From assembly GCA_963663405.2 (NCBI GenBank), contig CAXXSM010000142.1, forward strand, positions 1-64,000: a stretch of 64,000 nt of DNA, read 5' to 3'. Within the stretch, counting starts at the first letter, position 1, and every line of letters starts with the position of its first letter. Both the position numbers and the translations under genes were made by a program. This document shows positions 10,913 through 20,307 of the stretch, piece after piece. The stretch comes from a bacterium (GTDB lineage Bacteria > Hinthialibacterota > Hinthialibacteria > Hinthialibacterales > Hinthialibacteraceae). The notes under the pieces were generated by a model. The model saw only the letters and a list, made by a program, of their open reading frames with translations, had not been told where the DNA came from and made no database searches.

Positions 10913-12229
10913 ATGTCCGGCATCAATTATCGTGCGGAACTTAATGACGCTTTGAATACGATCCAAACATTGCGCGATCAGCTTTATTGCGCACAAGATG
11001 AATTGAAGGTGACCAATTCGGAATTGATGCAAATGACGCTGGAAATGGATAAGCGTGTCGCCAAGCGGACGGAAGAACTAGAAGAAACCAATCAACAATT
11101 GAAGCGGGAGATTGAAGAACGAAAGCAAATCGAGAAAAAACTTCTTCATAATGAGGAACTCTTCCGTAAGTATTTTGAATTGGGCCAGGTGGGAATGGCG
11201 ATGACTTCGGTGGAGAAAGGATGGCTGAAAGTCAACGATTATTTATGCCGGATGATGGGGTATTCGCGGGAAGAACTGATGCAAATGACGTGGGCGGAAA
11301 TGACCTACCCGGATGATCTAGAACCTGATTTATACCAATTCAACCGAATGTTAAAAAGTGAAATTGACAGTTATTCCATGGATAAACGATTTCTACGTAA
11401 AAATGGAGAAATACTGTACACTTTTTTATCTGTAAGCTGTGTGCGAAAAGAGGATGGATCGGTTGACTATGTTATCGCTCACTTGCAGGACATTACTGAT
11501 AAAATGAAAATCGAAATCACATTGCGAGAACGAACGAAGGATTTGGAACGAAGCAATAAGGAACTCGAACAATTCGCCTACGTCGCCTCCCATGACTTGC
11601 AGGAACCGCTTCGAAAAATTTCTAGTTTTACCGAACTCTTCGTGAGACGTTTTCCTGATCTGGTTGATGAGAAAGGGAGGAAATACATTTCATACATTCT
11701 TGATGGCGCGAGACGAATGCAGAAATTGATCCAAGATTTGCTATTGTATTCCCGCGTCGGCCGGATGAATGTGGATTTTCAAGAAGTAAACTTAAACGAA
11801 ATCATTGGAAAAATTAAACAGGATTATTCAAAATTAATTGCTATAAAGCACGTAAAACTCATTGTTCATTCATTGCCTGTTGTGATGGTGAATCCAACTG
11901 GAATCTACCAAGTGTTTCAAAACTTGATAGGAAATGCGATCAAATTCAATCAATCCGACCGTCCCCAGGTGATTATCTCCGCCAAACGGGAGGAAGAAAA
12001 ATGGCTTTTTTGTGTAGAGGACAATGGGATTGGAATCGAGCCGGAATATCAAGAACGTATCTTTATCATCTTTCAACGTCTCCACACGCGTGAGGAATAT
12101 GCAGGAACGGGAATTGGCCTTTCCGTCTGTAAAAAAATCATCGAACAACGGGGAGGCCGTATCTGGATTGAATCAGAGATCGGAGTAGAAACAAAATTCT
12201 TTTTTACTATTCCCGACTATCTTATATAA
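10913..12229 (+). CDS. Coiled-coil + PAS histidine kinase (Cph1/phytochrome-output-like HisKA)
   Basis: SNKELEQFAYVASHDLQEPLRKI, QVFQNLIGNAIKF, DNGIGI, FQRLH...GTGIGLSVCKKI. Confidence 0.93.
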   Translation: MSGINYRAELNDALNTIQTLRDQLYCAQDELKVTNSELMQMTLEMDKRVAKRTEELEETNQQLKREIEERKQIEKKLLHNEELFRKYFELGQVGMAMTSVEKGWLKVNDYLCRMMGYSREELMQMTWAEMTYPDDLEPDLYQFNRMLKSEIDSYSMDKRFLRKNGEILYTFLSVSCVRKEDGSVDYVIAHLQDITDKMKIEITLRERTKDLERSNKELEQFAYVASHDLQEPLRKISSFTELFVRRFPDLVDEKGRKYISYILDGARRMQKLIQDLLLYSRVGRMNVDFQEVNLNEIIGKIKQDYSKLIAIKHVKLIVHSLPVVMVNPTGIYQVFQNLIGNAIKFNQSDRPQVIISAKREEEKWLFCVEDNGIGIEPEYQERIFIIFQRLHTREEYAGTGIGLSVCKKIIEQRGGRIWIESEIGVETKFFFTIPDYLI

Positions 12230-12254
12230 CACCCAAAACAGGAAGGAAAGTAAT

Positions 12255-12704
12255 ATGAAAGGTTATGATCTGCTTAAGCCGGTTGAAATATTGTTAGTTG
12301 AAGACGATCCTGGTGATATTGAATTAACCCGTGAATCGCTGAAAGCAAATAAAATCACAACCAATCTCAATATCGTTCATGATGGAGTGAGCGCTATGCA
12401 ATATTTATCACAGGAAGGCGCATACTCGGATGCAAAACGACCGGACTTAATCATTCTCGATCTCAATTTACCCAAAAAAGATGGCCTGGAAGTGTTGGAT
12501 GATCTCAAAACCGATCAAAATCTCAAATCCATTCCTGTTGTCATACTCACTACATCCGAGGCCGACGAGGATATTATCAAATCATACAATCTAGGCGCGA
12601 ATTGTTATGTGACTAAGCCTATTGGTTTTAAAGAATTTGAAAAGATTGTTCGCTCGATCGAAGAATTTTGGTTTACGGTTGTTAAATTACCGTTGCAGGT
12701 GTAA
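12255..12704 (+). CDS. Rcp1-like single-domain response regulator
   Basis: ILLVEDDPGD, LDLNLPKKDG, LTTSEADEDI, GANCYVTKP, FWFTVVKLP; the usual partner of Cph1-type kinases. Confidence 0.93.
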   Translation: MKGYDLLKPVEILLVEDDPGDIELTRESLKANKITTNLNIVHDGVSAMQYLSQEGAYSDAKRPDLIILDLNLPKKDGLEVLDDLKTDQNLKSIPVVILTTSEADEDIIKSYNLGANCYVTKPIGFKEFEKIVRSIEEFWFTVVKLPLQV

Positions 12705-15412
12705 TGATGATTTATAAACGAATTAAAGCGCTTTTGGTCGAAGATGATCCTGGAGACGCATATTTTATTCAGGAACTCTTTTCCGATACAAGTGGATCTG
12801 ATATTTCTGTAAAGTTTACTCATGTGGATTGCCTGGCTAAGGCGTTGGATTGTCTAACCCAAAAGCGCTTCGATCTGATTTTGTTGGATCTGTCATTACC
12901 AGACAGCCAAGGCGCCGGGACTTTTGATCGGTTGTATGCGGCGCACAATGACATCCCCATCGTTATTTTAACTGGTCTGGATGACAAGCAAACGGCGATT
13001 TCGGTGTTACAAAAAGGCGCACAGGATTATTTGATAAAAGGAGAAGTCGACCGGGATTTGCTGGAACGTCCGATTCACTACTCGATTGAGCGCCATCAGC
13101 TGATTAAAACCATGGAAAAACAGCAGAAGGAGATCGAAGGCAGGGAGAAATATTATCGATCTCTAATGAACTGTTTGCACGAAGACATTATTGTTATTGA
13201 CCGGGATTACAATGTGATGGATATCAACAATACATTTTTACGAACCACCGGTCACAAAAGGGAAAGATGCATTGGACAGAAATGTTATACCCTATTTCAT
13301 AAACTGGACACGCCCTGTAACAAAAATGACAAAACTTGTCTCAAAGAAAAAGTGTTTAAAACAGGAAAATCGGAAAGTTTTGTCAATCAATTTACGAACA
13401 AAGATAATGAGAAAAAATGGATCGATATTCTGCTTTCTCCACTGGCTGGAGAAGATGGAAAAGTTACGCACATTATTGAAACCGTGCGGGATATCACGGA
13501 TATTCTGAAAACGAAAGAAGAACTCTCGCAGAGCGAACAAAAATACTACCGGCTTTTAAATAGTCTTAATGAAGGAGTCTGGGTGATCGATCGTGACGCA
13601 CGTACCGAGTATGTGACCACGCGCATGGCGATGTTATTAGGCTATTCCGAGGAAGAAATGCTCGGAAAACACTTATTCGATTTTATCCAGGAAGAAGATG
13701 CTACACTCTGTACGGAATACCTGAAACGACGGGAAAAAGGGATTCGGGAGATCCATGATTTTGTCTTTCTAAAAAAAGATAACCGTAAAATGTATGCCTT
13801 AATGGCCACCACGCCGATTTTTAACGAAGATGGTGAGTATACAGGAAGCGTCGCAGGAATTTTAGATATCACCGAACGGAAAATCGCAGAGAACAAACTA
13901 GAGCAATCAGAAAAATTGTATCATTCTTTGATTGAAAACCTTCCGGTTCATGTTTTTCGTAAAGATTTGGAAGGACGTTTTACATTCGTCAATACTAGAT
14001 TCTGCGAATTAATTGGAAAACCTGCGGAGGAGATACTGGAGAAAACGGATTACGATTTCTATCCTGCCGAATTAGCGGACAAATATCGCCGGGATGATTT
14101 ACATGTCGTTCAGTCGAAAACTCATTTTGAAACCGAAGAACAGAACAGAACAATTCAGGGGCAGGAAATAAGAGTCAATGTGATTAAATCACCTATTTTA
14201 GATGCGAATGGAGATTGTATTGGCATGCAAGGAATTTCCTGGGATATCTCAGAAAAGGTCAAACTCCAGGAACAATTATTACAATCTCAAAAAATGCAAG
14301 CCATTGGTCAACTGGCGGGAGGCATCGCGCACGATTTCAACAATATTTTAATGGTCATCAAGAGTTATAGTGATTTTGTTTTAAACCAACTTCCTGAAGA
14401 CAACGATATGCGGAGTGATGTTCTGGAAATTAAAAACGCCGGAAATCGCGCCGCCTCGTTAACCCGTCAATTACACGCTTTCAGCCGTCGGCAAGTTATC
14501 CGGCCCGAAGAGATCAAACTGGATGAAACTATCGATACTATGGAAAAGATGCTGCACCGGTTGATCGGTGAGGATATTGAGTTGATCACACAAATTGATC
14601 CCAATTTAGGATTTATTAAAATCGATCCAGGACAAGCCGAACAGATCATCATGAATATGGCTGTCAATGCTCGTGACGCCATGCCCAATGGAGGGCAGCT
14701 GATGATTGCAGTCCAAAATCAAGTATTAAGAGATGATTACCATAATCATTTGTGTACAATTCCGGCTGGAGAATATGTCACACTCACAATCAGTGATAAA
14801 GGTGTTGGAATGACTCATGAAATCCAGCAACGCATTTTTGAACCTTTTTATACGACTAAAGAAAAAGGCAAAGGCACTGGTCTCGGATTGTCCACTGTCT
14901 ATGGAATTGTCCAGCAGAATCATGGTTATTTAACACTGCAAAGCGAACTGGGCAAGGGAACGGTTTTTACTCTCTATTTCAATAGAATCTACACTGATCG
15001 GGAATTAAAAAGCGAACCATCTCAAGATCTGGGATCCTTACATGGATTAGAGACCATCCTGATCGTTGAAGATGATTTACTGGTACGAAAACTGCTCAAA
15101 CGCGGTTTAACTGAATATGGCTATACCGTTCTCCTCGCAGAAAACGGAGTAGACGCCATCCGTATATGTAAAGGGAACAAGCATGCCATCGACTTATTGT
15201 TAACCGATGTTGTAATGCCTGGAATGAATGGCCGGGAACTAGCCGATCAGATTCAAATACTAATTCCTAACATAAAAAGGATCTTTATGTCCGGCTACGC
15301 AGATGACGCCATGTTGCGTATGGGCATCCTGGCGCAGGATAACATCTACATACAAAAACCATTCACCCTAGAAACCATTCTCAAAACGATTCGCGGCCTT
15401 TTGGATGAATGA
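12704..15412 (+). CDS. Hybrid histidine kinase REC-PAS-PAS-PAS-HisKA-HATPase-REC (CckA-like)
   Basis: QKMQAIGQLAGGIAHDFNNIL, NMAVNARDAMPNGG, FEPFYTTKEKGKGTGLGL, C-terminal LLTDVVMPGMNG. Confidence 0.95.
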   Translation: MMIYKRIKALLVEDDPGDAYFIQELFSDTSGSDISVKFTHVDCLAKALDCLTQKRFDLILLDLSLPDSQGAGTFDRLYAAHNDIPIVILTGLDDKQTAISVLQKGAQDYLIKGEVDRDLLERPIHYSIERHQLIKTMEKQQKEIEGREKYYRSLMNCLHEDIIVIDRDYNVMDINNTFLRTTGHKRERCIGQKCYTLFHKLDTPCNKNDKTCLKEKVFKTGKSESFVNQFTNKDNEKKWIDILLSPLAGEDGKVTHIIETVRDITDILKTKEELSQSEQKYYRLLNSLNEGVWVIDRDARTEYVTTRMAMLLGYSEEEMLGKHLFDFIQEEDATLCTEYLKRREKGIREIHDFVFLKKDNRKMYALMATTPIFNEDGEYTGSVAGILDITERKIAENKLEQSEKLYHSLIENLPVHVFRKDLEGRFTFVNTRFCELIGKPAEEILEKTDYDFYPAELADKYRRDDLHVVQSKTHFETEEQNRTIQGQEIRVNVIKSPILDANGDCIGMQGISWDISEKVKLQEQLLQSQKMQAIGQLAGGIAHDFNNILMVIKSYSDFVLNQLPEDNDMRSDVLEIKNAGNRAASLTRQLHAFSRRQVIRPEEIKLDETIDTMEKMLHRLIGEDIELITQIDPNLGFIKIDPGQAEQIIMNMAVNARDAMPNGGQLMIAVQNQVLRDDYHNHLCTIPAGEYVTLTISDKGVGMTHEIQQRIFEPFYTTKEKGKGTGLGLSTVYGIVQQNHGYLTLQSELGKGTVFTLYFNRIYTDRELKSEPSQDLGSLHGLETILIVEDDLLVRKLLKRGLTEYGYTVLLAENGVDAIRICKGNKHAIDLLLTDVVMPGMNGRELADQIQILIPNIKRIFMSGYADDAMLRMGILAQDNIYIQKPFTLETILKTIRGLLDE

Positions 15413-16587
15413 TAGCAAGTAAAGGAATGATTCAATTGGACTCCAATTTGGAAAATGAAATTAATCCACTTATATTAGATGAATCCGAGCAATCCTCCGG
15501 CGCGAAAATCCGGCAGAATTTTTCAATGGAGGAGATTCAAAAACTACTCGTTGATATCGGCGCGGAGGTCTCATCTTATAAAGCGGAACAAATCCATACC
15601 GATCCAAGGAATATGGTTCAAACCATCCGCGGTGGACGGATCGTTTGGATCACTGTTGATGAGATGAACGCATTACTATCCAAACAAAAAAGGATTGTCA
15701 GCGCCAAACAAGCGCAACGAAGTATTCGGGGAGATAACAGTATATCGAATGAAATTTTACGCCGCGCTGACGCGTGCAGATCCTTGATCAGCGCTGTACG
15801 CAAAGTGTCCCCTGACGACAGTCCGGAATTTACTCGATCGCTCCGCACCTTGGAATCGCTACAAAACCTATCCGTGTGTAACGCGCGGGAAGTGCGTGTG
15901 TTGGAAGCGGCGATTCAACGTAAAAAACAAGAGGATCCTCTCCTGCAGGAAATGGAAAAAGCGACGGAAGAAATGATGGCGGCGTTGAAGGAAGACGAAC
16001 AGGCGGAAGTTGACGTCTGTCAATCCTTTTGCGACCGCCATATGGAGGAATACCTTGCCCGGCAAAAACGGCTCGAGCCATATGTGAGAAAAGCCAAAGA
16101 ATTTCGCCTCTCTTTTCTTCTTGGCAAACAGCAACTTTTTCTCTTTCAATATGAACTGATCGAAAAAGGCGAGCGTGTACTTAGTAAGCACATGGATGAG
16201 ATCTTATATTACGATAAAGAGACGATCTATTCCGATCGTCTAGTGAATCATGCGAATGAAATCCGATCCATCATAGAACAGAGCTGTTTATATTTTAATA
16301 AATTAGCCTCTCTATCACCAAAAGAACTGGAAGATCAGAAGGATCTTTTTATCCATGGAGACAAAGAATATATAACGCCCTTATTCAACAAGATGATCGA
16401 ATACACCGATCTTTTCAGTGAGGCCTGGAAAGTTATTGTTGAAAAGAAAAAGGAGGAGTCGACATCTGTCACAGCTAAAAACGAGGATCAAAATGTGAAG
16501 ACTGTTTCCCGTATCGCTCGGCAAGAGAAGATTGAGGAAGAAGAAAAATCATGGCATTTACCCATGTCAAAAAAAATAAAGGAATAA
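15409..16587 (+). CDS. Hypothetical alpha-helical/coiled-coil protein
   Basis: 392-aa ORF with an ATGA overlap on the kinase stop (alternative start 15427 after AAGGA); no motif recognised. Confidence 0.8.
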   Translation: MIASKGMIQLDSNLENEINPLILDESEQSSGAKIRQNFSMEEIQKLLVDIGAEVSSYKAEQIHTDPRNMVQTIRGGRIVWITVDEMNALLSKQKRIVSAKQAQRSIRGDNSISNEILRRADACRSLISAVRKVSPDDSPEFTRSLRTLESLQNLSVCNAREVRVLEAAIQRKKQEDPLLQEMEKATEEMMAALKEDEQAEVDVCQSFCDRHMEEYLARQKRLEPYVRKAKEFRLSFLLGKQQLFLFQYELIEKGERVLSKHMDEILYYDKETIYSDRLVNHANEIRSIIEQSCLYFNKLASLSPKELEDQKDLFIHGDKEYITPLFNKMIEYTDLFSEAWKVIVEKKKEESTSVTAKNEDQNVKTVSRIARQEKIEEEEKSWHLPMSKKIKE

Positions 16588-16737
16588 AAACAAAATATTT
16601 TTTTTGTTGAAAAAATATCCGGGCGTCTTGAATTCCGTATTGGTAATTCGAACCATTAAATTATGTTGTACATGATATATAAAATAGTATAAAATAATAT
16701 ATAGACTAAGATAATACGGCTATTATAGGGTTAATCT

Positions 16738-18483
16738 ATGCGGATTAAAACAAAGGATTTACAAGTCAATACGATTCCCTATCCGGAGATTATTCAAGTG
16801 TTAAGTCATGGCGCTGGAACACTCTTGAAGGAATTGAAATCGGTTCCGAAAGCCACGTTGCAACCGTATTATATGGAAATTGATAATATTCTGCAATTTA
16901 TAGAAACGCTGAGTTTTATTCAGGAAACAATGTCGAATGAGCGCCTCCAGGATACAATTCACAATACAATTCATTCATTACGGAAAACTGTCAACACAAT
17001 CCCCACAAAGACAATCACCCAATTATCCAAACTAGCCCTGGATGAAAGATCTGGTATCCCTGTTTTTCTCGTAAAATCAATTCACATGCTTGGACCCTAT
17101 ATTCGAATCAGTAAGAACGAGATGTCCGCGTGGGTCCGCCTGAATTCAGAGGAAGCCGTTTTTTATACACCAGATATTTTATTGTCTTGTTTGATAAAGT
17201 ATGGAATCACGAAAGGTCTTCTTGAAAACGAGATCCAGGATATTTTTGAAAGTAAAAAGTATGACGAAGAGATCTGTATTGCGAAAGGCGTGTCAGCGGC
17301 ATTGGGAGAAGATGGCCGGATTGAGTATACGGTGGAAATTGATGATCTCGGTCAAAAGCCGAAAGAACTAAGCGCTCATAAGGTGTCGTTCAAAGATATC
17401 AAACTGTACGAATATATTGCTGAAGGACAGGTATTGGCAAAAAAAATTCCACCCAAACCAGGAAAACCAGGATATACAGTCACCAACCGGGTAATCGCTC
17501 CTCTCGCGCCTCAAGAAGCAATTTTTCCCAAAATGGAGTTTACGAAAATTTCCGATGACGACAATCAGTTGCTCGTAACTGAGGATTGCTGTATCAAAAA
17601 GCTAAATGGCGTTTTACATCTGGAACCTTCATTGCGCGTCTCGGAAAGCATCTCGTATAAAACGGGCAATGTATCATCGAAAGTAGCCGTCATCGTCGAT
17701 GAAGATGTGTTATCAGGATTTACTGTAACTTCAGAAAAAAGCATTCAAGTCGGTGGGATTGTCGAGGGCGCAACTATGGAAGCGAAGGGGAACATTATTA
17801 TCCGGGGGGGAATCCAAGGAAAAGAAAAAGCAATGATTGAATCGAATGCGGATATCACATCCAAATTTATTTCCAATGCGTCGGCCACCGCGTTGGGGAA
17901 TATCGTTGTTGAATCGGAAATTGTGAACAGTAAAATTTGGGCGGGGGGACAGGTTTTTGTTACAGGACATCCAGGCCATATCGTGGGAGGTGAGATTCAC
18001 GCTGATTCGGATGTGGTTGCAAACATAATTGGATCGGAATTGGGGATTAAAACCTTGATTCGAATCGGTGGCCGTGCGCAGGATCTGGCTGCCGTGATTG
18101 AAGAAAAACAACAGCAGATCGTTCGGCAAGAAGAAGCGGTCGACAAATGCAATCAAGTTATCGATATGCTGCGGATGCGTGAAGCTCAGTTTCCAGATAC
18201 GAATAATGAAATCAAAAAAACCTTGAACCAAGCAGAAGAGATGCTTATCAAAGCCAAGCAAAATCTGGATCATTTATTTTTTGAAAGTGACAGTCTACAA
18301 AAGCAATATGAAGATAGTCTCCAAAAATCTCGCACGGTTCGCGCTCAATTGACAATTCATCCAGGCGCCGTCATTCAAATCCAAGATGCGGAATATACTG
18401 TCAATGATACTACAGGGCCGGTTATGTTTATGAAACAAGGGGATGAAATCGTACAATTACCTTATCAAGCAATTAAGAAGTAA
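16738..18483 (+). CDS. fapA: FapA / DUF342 family protein with ~120-aa N-terminal extension
   Basis: IRISKNEMSA...YGITKG...IAKGVSAALGEDG...KIPPKPGKPGYTV...KTGNV...DVLSGFTV...beta-helix repeats...GSELGIKT, then coiled coil and IHPGAVIQI: the DUF342 architecture. Confidence 0.85.
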   Translation: MRIKTKDLQVNTIPYPEIIQVLSHGAGTLLKELKSVPKATLQPYYMEIDNILQFIETLSFIQETMSNERLQDTIHNTIHSLRKTVNTIPTKTITQLSKLALDERSGIPVFLVKSIHMLGPYIRISKNEMSAWVRLNSEEAVFYTPDILLSCLIKYGITKGLLENEIQDIFESKKYDEEICIAKGVSAALGEDGRIEYTVEIDDLGQKPKELSAHKVSFKDIKLYEYIAEGQVLAKKIPPKPGKPGYTVTNRVIAPLAPQEAIFPKMEFTKISDDDNQLLVTEDCCIKKLNGVLHLEPSLRVSESISYKTGNVSSKVAVIVDEDVLSGFTVTSEKSIQVGGIVEGATMEAKGNIIIRGGIQGKEKAMIESNADITSKFISNASATALGNIVVESEIVNSKIWAGGQVFVTGHPGHIVGGEIHADSDVVANIIGSELGIKTLIRIGGRAQDLAAVIEEKQQQIVRQEEAVDKCNQVIDMLRMREAQFPDTNNEIKKTLNQAEEMLIKAKQNLDHLFFESDSLQKQYEDSLQKSRTVRAQLTIHPGAVIQIQDAEYTVNDTTGPVMFMKQGDEIVQLPYQAIKK

Positions 18484-18499
18484 ATAGGCGTGATATAAA

Positions 18500-20269
18500 A
18501 TGGCGGATGATAAACTGACGGATTATTCTATTGCGAAAGCTTTACAGGATCAATCTCTTGTCTCGAACACGGCGATACAGGAGTACCAAGAAGATTATCG
18601 CGTATCTGAAAAAGAACGATTGCAATCCAGTCAAAAACGTAGTCAGTTGATCGAATCGCTGCGGAAATCGATGAAGCAAGCAAGTCTTTCAACTCGTGCA
18701 AGAGATGGGATTCAACAGGAATTTGAGCGGGTTATACAAGAAGGATCTCCACAAGAAATTGAAAGGACAATAATCCATTATCAGAAACAGCTAAAGGGTT
18801 TACAGAGCAAGGCGTTGGTATCCAATCAAACCAATGAATTTATCAATAACGTATTCAACCGTGTGAATGTGTTTCTCGAAAAAAAGAAATTGCTGGAAAA
18901 AATAGAGTATACAGCGGAATCTATTTTTGTTTCTGGCCAAGGGGATAAAACCAGCGCGACAGTATCCAAATTAACAACTGTTTCTACCGCCATTCGAACG
19001 GATCTCTTCTCACTCGTTGAATCAATTCTCTCTCAGATTGTAATTATGGAAGAGTGTATTCAGAAGGATGTTTCCAGCGAATCGAAATTGCGAGACTTAT
19101 TCTATGCTTGTCTATCATCCGTCGATGAGCAAAAGAAAAGCAAACTGATTCTGTTATGTCAAAAGAAAATTCCTGGATCGGCTTACAGGAATCGGTTGCA
19201 TTTCTATCAATCGATCGTTGGAGAATTAGCAAAAACGGATACGCGCGTCGCAAGAAAGGTACATTCCCATATTCGTAAAGAAGCCCGCAGTCTGCTAAAG
19301 GAGGGTGATACCAAAAAAGCTATAGCTGAACTGTGTTACGCGTTACATCTCTGGAAAGACGATGTGTATACGTATCGACTGTTAGCCAATCTGTTTTTTA
19401 GTTTAAACAATGAAAAAAATGCATTTATTGCGCTGGGGGAAGCGCTTCGGCTTTGTCCAGAAGACGACCGTCTTCGTAAGCGTGTCGCGGAGTATTATGC
19501 GCGCCGCAAGTTCCTGCCCAAAGCGATTCATGAATATGAAATTTTATTGGATCATTCACCAGAGAATCTTGATATACGTCTTGAATTGGGCCGTCTTCTT
19601 TACGAAAATAAATCGTTCGACCGCGTTCCGAATGTGTTGTTAGATTATTATCAGGCTCTACCAGATGATGTAACTTCAATGAATTATATTGGAAATTCCT
19701 ACTTATATTTAAATCGATGGAAAGAGGTGATTTATTTTCTCTCCCAATCAATCCGTAAGAATCCCGCTCAACCGGAGATCTATCATGCTTTGTCTTTTGC
19801 CTATAGAAAACTTGAATTGCTTGAGCAAGCCATACAATCGTTGAAACAGGGGATCCGTAACAATCCAGAATCGGTATCGCTCAAAATTCAATTAGGGACG
19901 GTCTATACGGAGTGTGAAATGTGGGAGCAAGTATTGGATTGTCTGTTGCCCGCTCTCAAGACGCATCCTGATTCGTCCTCTCTCCTGACTTCCATTGGAC
20001 AAGCTTACTATTATATAGGGAATCTTGAAGAAGCGCTTTCTCTGTTGAACAAAGCCTATGAACTCAAATCCGACGATCCAATAACGTTGACTATGTTAGC
20101 CAGAACATATAGAAAAAAAGGGAATTATGAAGAAACGGATATATATTATGAAAAAGCCTTACAACTTAACCCAAGTGATATCGACCTTAAACATGAAATA
20201 GTGACCTTTTATACGGAATCTGGTCAATGGCAAAAAGCTACAGAGATACTCAAAAAGAATGATAGTTGA
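18500..20269 (+). CDS. Tetratricopeptide-repeat protein with helical N-terminal domain
   Basis: About 9 TPR-like repeats in the C-terminal half (e.g. IGQAYYYIGNLEEALSLLNKAYELKSDD, LARTYRKKGNYEE...YYEKALQLNP). Confidence 0.88.
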   Translation: MADDKLTDYSIAKALQDQSLVSNTAIQEYQEDYRVSEKERLQSSQKRSQLIESLRKSMKQASLSTRARDGIQQEFERVIQEGSPQEIERTIIHYQKQLKGLQSKALVSNQTNEFINNVFNRVNVFLEKKKLLEKIEYTAESIFVSGQGDKTSATVSKLTTVSTAIRTDLFSLVESILSQIVIMEECIQKDVSSESKLRDLFYACLSSVDEQKKSKLILLCQKKIPGSAYRNRLHFYQSIVGELAKTDTRVARKVHSHIRKEARSLLKEGDTKKAIAELCYALHLWKDDVYTYRLLANLFFSLNNEKNAFIALGEALRLCPEDDRLRKRVAEYYARRKFLPKAIHEYEILLDHSPENLDIRLELGRLLYENKSFDRVPNVLLDYYQALPDDVTSMNYIGNSYLYLNRWKEVIYFLSQSIRKNPAQPEIYHALSFAYRKLELLEQAIQSLKQGIRNNPESVSLKIQLGTVYTECEMWEQVLDCLLPALKTHPDSSSLLTSIGQAYYYIGNLEEALSLLNKAYELKSDDPITLTMLARTYRKKGNYEETDIYYEKALQLNPSDIDLKHEIVTFYTESGQWQKATEILKKNDS

Positions 20270-20307
20270 AATCGCGACTTTGTTGTAGTGAAATCTCGAG
20301 GTGCAAT

